In this document: positions 53,430-64,000 of the stretch, in pieces
Layout of the letters: every line of letters begins with the position of its first letter
Numbering within the stretch: the first letter of the stretch is position 1
Position numbers and translations under genes: made by a program
Notes under the pieces: generated by a model
What the model saw: the letters and a program-made list of their open reading frames with translations, nothing else
The model's database searches: none
Told to the model about the DNA's origin: nothing
DNA from: Podarcis cretensis
Taxonomy: Eukaryota
Reading direction: 5' to 3'
NCBI GenBank assembly: GCA_951804945.1
Contig: OX638150.1
Coordinates: 31,682,001 to 31,746,000, forward strand
DNA length: 64,000 nt

Positions 53430-54590
53430 GGCCTATTCCATGCATCCGGGACACGCCAACAGCAAAAGACGAGCAAACGCCTACAGGCCCCTCTTTGGGC
53501 TGGTAAAAGACATTACCGCAGCCAGCGCACGCCAGCTCTCGCAAGTCCCCTTCTCACGTGAACTGTGTAACGTCTGAATAGGCAGGGGTTGTTTTCCTAA
53601 TGGCGGGGGACGACGACCCGCTAACGTGAAAAAGCCTGTTCCCCATCCCTCCCCTAAACCGAACAGGGGGACCCCAACCTCAGTTTCCCCTCCCACCCGG
53701 CCGGCCTTCCCTCTCCACCCTCATCCGCGCTCCCCCCCCCCGGCGCCCCTCCACTCACAGAACTCCACCAGGATGTTCGGGTGCTGCTCCAACGCCCGCT
53801 CGAAGTTGGCCGCCTTGAGCACCAGGACGCCCTCGTCCTCCTCGATATCTGCGTCGCCGGCCAGGCAGGCCCGTCCCAGGAAGAGCAGGCAGAGGAGCGG
53901 AGAGAAGAGCAGAGCGGTCTTCATGGCGGCGCTGACAATGACGGCAGGATCCCAGGCGAACAGACCGGACCACGAAGTGGCGCCGCAAAAGAGAACACTC
54001 CGCGCCCGCCTCCCGCTTTATAAACCCGCCCTCTCCCCGCTGCGTCTATCGCCCATTGGCTGCTTCCGCCCTCCTACGCTTCAGCTCCCATTGAACTGGC
54101 GTGGAGCCTAAGGCCGCCCTCCGGGTCCTGGATTGGTCAGCTTTAAAGGTCGCGTCGCCTTTCCTTCCCCACTTCCGAACAGCCGCGAGAGTTTCCTTTG
54201 CTCCGCGGGCTTTGATTGGCCGTACCGACCTCTCCGGTGACTGGGATTGGATAACGCGGCCGCTCTTAGAAACTCGGACCAGCCGTTTCTGATTGGTTAA
54301 CCTCAACGAAATTCCCTCCCCTCCCCGCCTACTTTCGCCTCTCTTCTTTGGAACGTGGCATTCGAGAGATACGCCCGCCTCGCGCTGCGCATGCGTGTTT
54401 GAGTGTGGCAGGGAGACCTCGTTCGTGTTTGATTCTGACTGGCCGCATTTAATGAGCGACCCGGAATTGAAAGCTAGCAAGGAACCAAGTGTTTCCGGGA
54501 CTGTACGAAAGAGGGGGAGGCTTTTGCATAAGAACTGCTTAGAAGTGGGCGGGGGAGCGGGGAACTCAAGCGAGCAAGTTTATTACGATG
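53430..54590 (-). promoter_or_regulatory. P4HB CpG-island promoter: TATAAA (54022-54017), five CCAAT boxes (54055, 54132, 54215, 54246, 54292), GC boxes, NRF1-like TGCGCATGCG (54386-54395)
   Basis: Motifs read directly. TATA plus multiple CCAAT boxes is the known architecture of the mammalian P4HB promoter. Confidence 0.85.
53759..53924 (-). CDS. P4HB: P4HB exon 1: signal peptide and start of domain a (MKTALLFSPLLCLLFLGRACLAGDADIEEDEGVLVLKAANFERALEQHPNILVEF)
   Basis: gccgccATG Kozak. TTC T|gtgagt donor. The 11 exons sum to 1551 nt = 516 aa plus stop. Confidence 0.96.
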
Positions 54591-55943
54591 GGAAGTTCTG
54601 AAGTGTGTACATCTGCATTGCCTTTGTATATGCTTTACTGTTGTGAATTTTTTTCTAATGAGAATAAGCGCATATTATATTTTTGTATTACCATTTTTAT
54701 TATATATGTTAACGTATAACCCTAGCATGTTTACTCAGAAGTACTATAGAACTCTCTTGAGGCTTAGGCTGCAGTCCTAACCCCCATTTACATGGGATCA
54801 AGCCCCACTGAATTCAGTAGGACTTGCTTTCGAGTAGACATGGTTAGGGCTGCGGTGCTGGACTGAAAAGGAATAGCTTTATTCTCTGCCTTCCTCTCCT
54901 GCCTTTTGACTTCATCTTTTTACTGCTGCAAGGAATAGTGTAGCTATATTACCTGGACAACTCCCCCCCCCCCAGCAATGAGGAAGAGTTTGCTCAAATA
55001 GAATTTGTTGATAAATAAAATACAAACATTTTGTAGTTATTTATATGGGAAATACATACCAGTGTCTGGATCATTTGCACTCCCATGTTGTCTGTGTTTC
55101 CTCTTCTGTTCCCTGGTTTATAATATAATATGGTCTTTATAATAATGTAATGCATTTTATTTGTCAATGTTTGAAAGGGCAGGGCAGTAAAGTGGCAGAA
55201 CCAAGCCCAATAGTTTCTGAAAAACTATTTCAAAACATTCCATCCTTTATACATTAGCATTTCCACCACTATTCCAAAGACCTGTGCCACAATCAACCAT
55301 AAGTGGAGCTCTGGGAGAGTGGTCTGCTGCAGGCTGTGTCATATTGTTTATGCCTAACAGCATAAGAGTTGAGACAGCCAAATTTGCCATTATGTTTAGA
55401 TTGAGAGTCAAGCTTCAGACCTTTACTAACTTAACTGGAAGAAAGTCCCATTGAAATCTATGTGGCTTATGTCTGAGCTGACATGCATTGTAAACTAAGA
55501 CTGCAATCTTAACCTCACTCACCCAGGAGTTAGCCCCATTGAATTCAGTAAGGCTTCTGAGTAGGCACTGCGAATAAAATCATTGGGAGACAGCCAACAT
55601 TAGTTATGCTCAGAGTAGATCCACTGAAATCAATGGACTTAAGTAACCTGATTTAGTGGGTCTGTTCTGAGTATGCTATAATTGGATTTTACACAATGGC
55701 AGTGCAGTCCTATCTGTGTTTCTACATAAGTAATCTGGCTATATTCAATGGGATTTATTTCCAAGAAATAATTGCATTTAGAATTTCAAATTGCTTTTCT
55801 ATTTTCAATTTGCTCTGCTTAGGTTTTTTATGCTAAACACAACTCACATTTTATAGCATCCTGTGTTTTTAAGGTGCTTAAGAAATAATAGCTGTTAAGT
55901 GGACAGCTGAGCTCTTGGGTCAATTAACATTTTTAACCATTTT

Positions 55944-56301
55944 TATGGTGCTGGAGGAGACTCTTGAGAGTCCCATGGACTACAAGAAGATGAAACCTAT
56001 CCTTTCTTAAGGAAATCAGCCATGGGTGCTCACTGGAAGGACAGATCCTGAAGCTGAGGCTCCAATACTTTGGCCACCTGATGAGAAGACTCCCTGGAAA
56101 AGACCCTGATGTTGGGAAAGATTGAGGGCACAAGGAGAAGAGGACAACAGAGGACAAGATGTTTGGACAGTGTTCTCGAAGCTACTAACATGAGTTTGAC
56201 CAAACTGCGGGAGGCAGTGGAAGACAGGAGTGCCTGGTGTGCTCTGGTCCATGGGGTCACGAAGAGTCGGACACGACTAAACGACTAAACAACAACAACA
56301 A
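55944..56301 (+). mobile_element. RTE-BovB LINE, 5'-truncated 3' end
   Basis: Diagnostic BovB sequence tggtgctggaggagactcttgagagtccc...aagctgaggctccaatactttggccacctgatg...gagtcggacacgact, with a (CAA)n tail. Confidence 0.92.
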
Positions 56302-57408
56302 ACCAATCATTTCCTTTGGTCTTAGATGAATCAGGTAAAATATGACAAAATTCCAAATCATGTAATTTTACACTAGCCACCTGCTGATAACAAACTTTCA
56401 AAAAACTTTTCCAAGTACTTAAAGTAGGTCAATTATTTTTCAAATTTCCCCATGTGCATTTTGGTATGATACAAAGAGATGCCTATCATACAGAACTAGC
56501 GAATGGGTGTTTTCATTGTATAAATTTGCATGTCCAGGAACCTGAAGGACAATTGCATCAATGGATCATCCGTGTAGTTGACTCATCTTGCCTGCTCACA
56601 ATTGCCATCAACTTCAGTGGCATTGTTTGGCTTTGTATATGACTGCTGAAATAGTTGTGAGCTGTATAACTTCAGCAAAGTTTAAAGGGATGTTTCTGCT
56701 GCTGTGCAACATGACCAAACATTTTTGATATTCAAAATATTTAGGCTTGGCAAAACCCAATGTAAGCAGTCTAGACTAGTTTGGTTTTTAGACATTATTT
56801 TCTTTCTTTCTTTCAGTCTCGGTGTGTGTCTCTAGTGAGTGGGAAATTCCACATTGCTTCAGCCCCTGGAAGTCAGTATGCACACAGTAAGAATCTAGTA
56901 GTTTAGCCAGTTTAGGTAGAAATCCAAAGCTGGAGCGTCTGTTTTGTGTACCTTACCTTTCTGCAAGTCGTAGGATTGCTACCTGGCATTCTGTGTGGAA
57001 TGGATGGACTCAGGGGACACAAACACTAAGCTTCTACAAGTATAATAGCATTCCAACAGCACAGGATTAAACAAGTTAGCAGCAGCAGTATTCAACAGAG
57101 CATTATAAATAATTTGGGCACACCCAGGGAGAGTATTTCAGCAGGAGCTTCTAGATCCTTTGCCACCAGGAGTAAGCAACTCTACAAGTGGCAAAGTAAA
57201 TACATATAAGTCTGGAAAGATCCCAAAGCTGGAAGGCTCTCAAATTTCTTCTAGCTTAAACAGTTTTCATGTCAAAATATTCCTAGTAGGAATAACAAAT
57301 ACAAATAGACTACATGCAAGTATATCAATGAATAGAGAAACCTCATGCTAACTTTGGTTAAAAGATCCTAGTTTTGGAAATAATTGTACACGCACCCTGT
57401 ACACATAC

Positions 57409-57492
57409 GGTAGCTGTCAACTTTTCCCTTGTGAGAAATCCTATTCGGAATAAGGGAAATTCCCTTAAAAAAGGGAAATGTTGACAGCTATG
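57409..57492. mobile_element. Short MITE
   Basis: Inverted ends tagctgtcaac / gttgacagcta. Confidence 0.6.
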
Positions 57493-59944
57493 CCTGTACC
57501 TTAACTTCTTTTAAAATGTTACACTTGCTATGGATCGCCAGGGCAGAGTACAAGGAAGGTCTGCTTTGAACTGCACACTAAACTCTTCCAAGGCTGTGTT
57601 GCATTTCCATCATGTTGTTGTTAACCCACTCAAATGTGGGTGTGTTTCTCTCAGCCAAGCTACTCTAGTTGTGCAAACAGATCTCTCTTTCTTCATCAGG
57701 GTGTGTATGCATGGGACAGAGAGGAGAGACAGCCTTGTTAGACTTAGTACTGCTGGGACACGTCATCAGAGATATCCAGCTTTGCAAGATGCCCTCCCTG
57801 TAAACGCCAGCCAAAGGCAATTCAGCTCAAAGTCCTACCTTTATTTCTGTCTGATCTATTCATAGGACGGTGGGCCAGCCTGAGCAAGCAGACACCAGTG
57901 GGTGGGTAAATCAGTACTGTAGAGCTAAAACGTGAGGTAGCTCCAGGCTGGAAGTAATAAAGGAATGAGAAAAGTTGTTATTACAACCTTAGGAAGCCAG
58001 TGCAGTATGTAATACAAAAGGGACTCATTTCTGATAAAACACAGGAGAGGTAGGGAGCTTGTATCATCACAACTGAGAATTTAGAGCAGGCAGGCATAAC
58101 TGAAGCTGGGGCTTAGTAACCTCCTGTTTTTTCTTCAAAACTATGGAGACTGACAAACACCTACCAGTATGTAATTCATGGATATTTTTGGCTTAGTGGG
58201 TGGAGAAAGCACAATCTAGAGCTTGAGTCATCTTTGGCTTGTCTGTCAGGGGTCTGCTCAGAGATAAACCCCTACAACAAGTTCAGTGAATCTCCCTTTC
58301 AAGTAGGTATACTTAGAGTCGCGCTATTAAGAAAGCCACAGTGCACATTATGGACCTTCTTGCATTTTACTGCCTTCCCTCTAATTGTAGTACTCAATCC
58401 AAGTGTAAGGTAAATCATTCCCTGCATAAAATTATGTAATAATTACTCTTCTTCCTTCATGCAGGCAAATCTGCAGTTAAACAAATATTTATGCAGAAGG
58501 TGCATTCCCTTTCCAAAAGAGCAGTCATCACTATCCTCCCCCCCCCATTTGTTTCCTGATTGTGAAAATCTAAACGAGTTCCCTATGTGGTGGCTTCCTG
58601 CTTTCTGGGTGGACGTGTCCCAGCCTGTTAGGTTAGAACCCCAGAGCCAGGGAACAAGGCCACCATTTAGGAAGCTTGAGCTGGCTTGCTGCAATTGGTT
58701 GACTTGTACTGCCCCTTTACCCTGGGCTGAGAGCTGTGGCAGAAGGAGATAGGGCTTTTACTCCAGTCTTGCTTTGTTGTTATCTTGCTCTTCCTAGGAG
58801 TAAAGTAGATTCTATTGGCTGGGGATAGATAAGGTTTGCTTATCAATCTAGCTGGAGGAACAGATGTTACTCACCTGCGCCAATGTCCAGCGGAACCTAG
58901 AATGGGTTTTTCCCTTGGGCGGATATCTTAGCTTGCTGTCTGCAAGCAAACCAATGCTCTGCCCTTCAGCCTTTATTCCAGCCAACCTGGCTTGCTTTCT
59001 TGAGCTTTCCCACTGCATTTTGTGTAGGCATAGCTGCTGTGCTGCTCCTTCTTTTCTGACAGAGATGAAGTGTCTTCAGTCATGGCAGGAAAATATGTTA
59101 TAAATATATCTCTATCTCTCTGGCTCTGTTTTTTCTTCTTCATTTTTTTAACAGCTATTTATTCTGCTGTGGATTTATTTTTATGTTGTTTGTTCTGTTT
59201 TGATCAGGTTTGTTTTGATTATTACTGTTATCTGAGCTGGGGGCGCCTTTCAGGGTGGATGAACAAGACAAATGTGTTGGGCTGGATTCTAGTAGGAGCC
59301 AGCAGAGTTACTACAACCCCATATCAGCTCGGGGGGGGGGTGGTCAGGAGAAACCCCCCCCCCCACCAGAAAAGCACACAGTGTGGTGCAGGGAGATCTT
59401 TCCATGTGGCAAGGGGAAATGCTTGTGCTGATGGAACTATCATAATAGTGTGACGTTGAGTTCAAAAGCACTAAGGAAAACCAACCCCGGTAACTGTATT
59501 CATTACTCTTCTGTGGACTGGTGAACTTGCTGAATTCCTGTCTATTAAAGGCAAAGTAACTGTGTCATGAAATGAGGATCCAGCAAGCGTGTGACATACG
59601 AAAACAGGAACAATTTGCCAAACTGGATCAAGGCCAGCAGTTGGTGTGAAGAAGGGTGTCTATGCATGATAAACATAATCAAGGCTTTAAAATATTGTAA
59701 GTGCTTTTCAGGGAAGACACTCCTGTGTGGAAAATGTTTCTAGTGGAATCCTGCAAGAATGAGAGCTCAGTTCCTAAATTAGGAGAACAGCGACAGGAGA
59801 TGTTAGCGACTGACCTAGAAACTACCGTATTGATTTCATTTTTGCCTGACATGTCAAAACTCAACAGCTGAAGTTTTTCCCATCACTTCACCTCCATGCC
59901 AATATTCTTCTTTTACGTGCTGAATTTCTCTGCATCAGGCCTGC

Positions 59945-60629
59945 TGTTAAAGGCACAGGAGCTGAGCTATCTCTGACCGGAGTCGGGAACCCTAGACTCA
60001 GGAGCCAAATGCGGCCCTCGTGGACTCTCTACTTGGCTGTCGGGAGCAAGCCGTGGTAAATCACACTGTGATCGTTGGAGTCAACTCTTTATTAGCAAAA
60101 ACATGATCAGCACAGGAGTGCCAGGCTTAATGAGCTCAGTAACCCATCTCTGGTAGGTCTTGCCCTCATGAAGCAGTTGCTGAGACTGAAGGTCCCTGCC
60201 TCCTCACATCTACCTAAGTCCCTTTCTCCAGGGTTTTCTCCAAGCAATCGGAGACTGCATCTGCACCTCACCGGTCTCTCCTCTGCCCTTTTCATGCCTC
60301 TTCTCATTCTGGGAGACCAAGGAGGAGAGGAGCTGGTCGCAACAGGAAAGGAAGTCACCCATGCCTTTAGATCAGCCTGACTCATCTCTGCTTCTTGACT
60401 TCTCTCCTCCCACCCTCCTGCTTCAGCTTCTGCCTCTCATTCTGAACTTCTCTCTGCCACAGACTCTTCCAGCTCACTAAGCCCTGTCGCCCCTTCAGCT
60501 TCTGACACCTCCTCCTCCCAGTCTTCTCCCTCTGACCACCATCAATTCTCGGGCTCTGAGCCTTTGTCCCTTGGGGGTTCCGCCGCTGGTTCCTCCCACC
60601 ATTCCTCAGTGTCCAGCCAGTCCACGACA
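59945..60629 (-). mobile_element. Solo LTR-like element (TG...CA) with an internal decayed ORF and AATAAA
   Basis: Termini TGT../..ACA. Minus-strand AATAAA at 60093-60088. Purine-rich acidic frame. No clear TSD found. Confidence 0.55.
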
Positions 60630-60968
60630 TCAACCTGCAGAACTCTCTCCAGGCCACAATCTCTCTTCCCCCTAGTCAAAATCCTTCACTGGACCCAGGT
60701 GTTTTTGCCTAGCTGGAACATGCCCCTTAAATGAACTCTTGCTTGTCTGGATAGAGGGGTGTATGAGTGTGTGTAGAAACTAAAAGTACAAAAAGAAAAT
60801 TTTATATTCATCACCCACTTTTGCCTTGCTCTGCCCACCACTGGCATGCGGCCCCCAGAAGCTTGCTTTTAAGGGAATGTGGCCCTCAGACTGAAAAGCA
60901 CTCACCGCTCCTGAATTAAGAGATGTTTGGATAACTGTATTTCAGGCAACTGTCAAGGATTTCCTAAA

Positions 60969-61320
60969 AAGTAAAGGTAAAGGGACCCCTGACCATTAGG
61001 TCCAGTCGTGGCCGACTCTGGGGTTGCGGCGCTCATCTCGCTTTATTGGCCAAGGGAGCCGGCATACAGCTTCCGGGTCATGTGGCCAGCATGACTAAGC
61101 CGCTTCTGGTGAACCAGAGCAGCGTACGGAAACGCCATTTACCTTTCCGCCGGAGTGGTACCTATTTATCTACTTGTACTTTGTGCTTTCAAACTGCTAG
61201 GTTGGCAGGAGCAGGGACTGAGCAACAGGAGCTCACCCCTTCACAGGGATTCGAACCGCCAACCTTCTGATCGGCAAGCCCTAGGCTCTGTGGTTTAACC
61301 CACAGCGTCACCCGCGTCCC
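60969..61320 (-). mobile_element. Sauria SINE, full length
   Basis: 5' GGGACGCGGGTG, B-box GGTTCGAATCC (61257-61247), (ACCTTT)n tail. Confidence 0.92.
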
Positions 61321-62782
61321 TCCTATACAGTACATCTACTCAAAAGTCAGCCTCATTGAGTTCTGTGGGACTGAACGGCCAGTAAAGTGTTTTAGGATGA
61401 GCAAAGTGCCAATGATGCAGCCAGCATTACATTCCTCTGATTCTTCTGCCATCTCCTGGTTAGCACCAGGAATTGTGTGGATTCAGTTAACGATGGGAAT
61501 ACTACACGGGAACGCAAATAAACCAGTGCTACAACTATTGAAGGAAAGTGTCTCAGCTGCAAGGCAGCTCCTTCATGTGCTGTGCATTTTATAGCCCAAT
61601 CCTAACAATATTTACTATATTTACAATATTTTTACAATAAATATAAATATAAAATATATTTACAAGATATTTACAATATTTACTATATACAATATTTACA
61701 TTGAATTTACTAAATTCAATGGGGCTCATTCCTAGGGGAGTGTGTTTTGGATTGCAGCCCTTGATTCACATCCATTGTGTATTTCTTTTGCATCACCTTC
61801 TCCAACTCACACTTTAGTCATCAAATACAAATATTCCACCACCCTTTCTCTGTGTGCAGTCATTAGGCTGGTCATGGTAAGCAGGCTGTACTTTGGAATG
61901 GCTGGGCAAGGTTCACTTCTCATGTCCACTTAGAGCAGTCATTAATATTTACTTCAATTTTCACAGGCTGAGCTATCATACATATGCAATACTATAATGA
62001 TACAAGTCAGAATGATGGGGAAGGGGAAGAAAAGCAAGCAAACAAACAAACAAACAGGGCAAGCAAAAATGCAAAGAAATAATTGGCTCTGCCGGTACAT
62101 AACATATTGCAGCGTACAATTTTGAGGATTTCTGTTCCAACACATTTTCATTTGCTCGCCAAGTTGACAACAGAAAAATTTACCCATTTGAGGACTGGTA
62201 TCACTTTCAGCATCAGAACACCCCCCCAAACTGCAGATGGTTCTGGGGTTGGTGATCCTGTAGCAGATGAGCATTAAAGCTGCTGCAAATTGGCACTTGC
62301 ATAGAGTAATTGGTACCAACAAAGCACAGCAACATTGCTGCTAATTGACTTCCAAAATACTATTCTGCCTTTCTTCAACTGCATGGCAAAATTCCAAGAT
62401 GCCCGCTGTCCTTGTCAGCTAGTGCCTCTTTTCTGATATCCCCCCCGGTGAATTATTGCCTCTCCTTTATTTAGGGATGTTTCTAACATTTTTGTTAGTA
62501 TGTTATTAGAGTTGCTATTCTTCAGATCTCAGCTCCTTCCCCTGTGTTTCTCCCTGAGGTGCATCACTCCTACTGCACACATACATGCATCTAAATGCAT
62601 TCATTTGGACACAAAATGTTTGTGCAAGCATTTCAGACTGCAGTCTGTGACCACCAATGACCTTTGAGCTTTGTTCAGGTCCGTATCAAGTCTGTGGGTT
62701 TGCGGTTGAATATGGGAAATTTTTATTTGTACTTTATTGCTTCCCCTAACTTACCAAGGATTTAAGACCGAACGGCCACCCT

Positions 62783-62920
62783 TGCCTTCATCTGCCCCAG
62801 CTGCAGCGAAACATGTCTCTCCCATATCGGTCTCTACAGCCACAGTAGGCACTGTAAATCTCCAATGGTTTGACTTCACCCCCCAAAGGCTCACTCCATT
62901 GTCTCCCAAGACAGATGCAA
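62783..62920 (+). mobile_element. RTE-clade LINE 3' fragment
   Basis: Same family as 6675-6850 (ttcatctgccccagctgca...atatcggtctctacagccacag). Confidence 0.7.
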
Positions 62921-63029
62921 ACTATAGTTTTATTACGTCTTTTGTTTCTTCTATTAAAACTTGTTGTGTTGCAATTTGAATTATATTAAATTAAAGTTGC
63001 TATAACAGCATAACAAAATAAATAATTTA

Positions 63030-63034
63030 ATAAT

Positions 63035-63066
<32 letters not shown>

Positions 63067-63560
63067 TTATTTATACCCCACCCATCTGGCTGGATTTCCC
63101 CAGCCACTCTGGGCGGTTCCCAACAGAATTAATGATAATAATAATAAAAAAGCGATAAAACATCAGACTTTAAAAGCTTCCCTGAACAGGGCTGCCTTCA
63201 ATGTCTTTCAAAAGTCAGATACAGTGGTACCTCTGGTTGCGAATGGGATCCGTTCTGGAGGCCAGTTTGCAACCTGAAGAGAACGCAACCCACGTCTGTG
63301 TGTCTGCACACATGCAGGTCGTGATTCGCCGCTCCTGTGCATGCATGTGATGTCATTTTGCATGTCTGTACATGCACAAGTGGCGAAACCCGGAAGTAAC
63401 CCTTTCCAGTACTTCCGGGTCACCACGGGACACAACCTGAAAACGCGCAACCTGAAGCAAACGTAACATGAGGTATGACTGTTTATTTTCTTGACATCTG
63501 ATGGGAAGGCGTTCTACAGTGCGGGCACCACTACTGAGAAGGTCCTCTGCCTGGTTCCCC
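63030..63560 (-). mobile_element. L2-type LINE 3' end with (TTA)n tail, interrupted by a mariner MITE at 63222-63481
   Basis: Tail (AAT)n at 63030-63066. LINE-like sequence resumes after the MITE. MITE ends CAGTGGTACCTC / GAGGTATGACTG, preceded by TA. Confidence 0.7.
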
Positions 63561-63721
63561 ATAACCTCACTTCTCACAGTGGTCTACCAAGAACTTTGGA
63601 TATTTTCAAGTAGTCCACGAGGGGACGCAATTCAATTGGGGGACCACTCTGCTAGTGCACAATTTCCTCCCCTTCTCCAAACCATAACTACCTATCCAGT
63701 TAGTAAATGCTTCTGAATACA

Positions 63722-63859
63722 ATAGCTCAGTTGGTAGAGCATAAGAATCTTAATCTCAGGGTCATGGGTTTGAGCCCCACGTTGGGCAAAAGATTCCTGC
63801 ATTGCAAGGCTTGGACTAGAAGATGGTCCTTGTGGTCCCATCCAATTCTACAATTCTAT
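63722..63859 (+). mobile_element. tRNA(Lys)-derived SINE with CR1-like tail
   Basis: Head tagctcagttggtagagca...cttaatctcagggtcatgggtttgagccccacgttgggc, then a CR1-type ttctacaattctat tail. Confidence 0.8.
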
Positions 63860-63861
63860 TT

Positions 63862-64000
63862 AAATATACCTTCCTGAAGAAACCAGAGGCCTTTCTCCTG
63901 GGCATGGTCGGCCAATCGGTGCCAAAGAGGGATAGAACTTTCTTTATGTATGCGACAACAGCAGCAAGAATACTCATCGTGAGGTACTGGAAGACACAAG
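63862..64000 (+). mobile_element. L1-clade LINE ORF2 C-terminal fragment, running off the window
   Basis: Open frame KYTFLKKPEAFLLGMVGQSVPKRDRTFFMYATTAARILIVRYWKTQ, typical of the non-mammalian L1/Tx1 ORF2 C-terminus. Confidence 0.75.

Noticed and set aside
53626-54601. Several 70-160-aa ORFs around P4HB exon 1
   Set aside because: CpG-island or antisense artefacts. Only the 53924 ATG frame gives a signal peptide and a thioredoxin fold.
56400-59900. Search for ARHGDIA exons expected from synteny
   Set aside because: No RhoGDI-like peptide was recognised in any frame. The gene probably lies beyond the window.
63722-63790. Apparent tRNA-Lys gene
   Set aside because: Degenerate stems, no oligo-T terminator, and it continues into a CR1-like tail, so it is a SINE head.

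Overview
Vertebrate genomic DNA, almost certainly a squamate and probably a lacertid-type lizard (inferred from Sauria SINE, BovB, L2 and MITE content). It is not prokaryotic, so most short ORFs in the supplied track are noise. The window holds the block syntenic with human 17q25.3. (1) The last four coding exons of the glucagon receptor GCGR (+, 495-2778; 5' part lies outside the window). (2) Complete MCRIP1/FAM195B (-, CDS 23406-20839, 97 aa). (3) Complete PPP1R27 (-, CDS 29006-27138, 150 aa). (4) Complete 11-exon P4HB/PDIA1 (-, CDS 53924-36058, 516 aa, two CGHC sites, KDEL). All exons were reconstructed by hand with GT-AG boundaries and consistent phases. Intergenic and intronic DNA is full of SINE, LINE and MITE remnants. 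The most unusual signal is a frame-preserving 7 x 24-bp repeat in P4HB intron 2, bounded by phase-1 splice sites and a strong-Kozak ATG. It could form an unrecognised acidic alternative exon of PDI. Other leads: an LTR-like element carrying its own decayed acidic/basic ORF, tandem RFX X-boxes in the MCRIP1 promoter, and a class I PDZ-binding tail on GCGR. I see no evidence of a wholly new multi-gene system.
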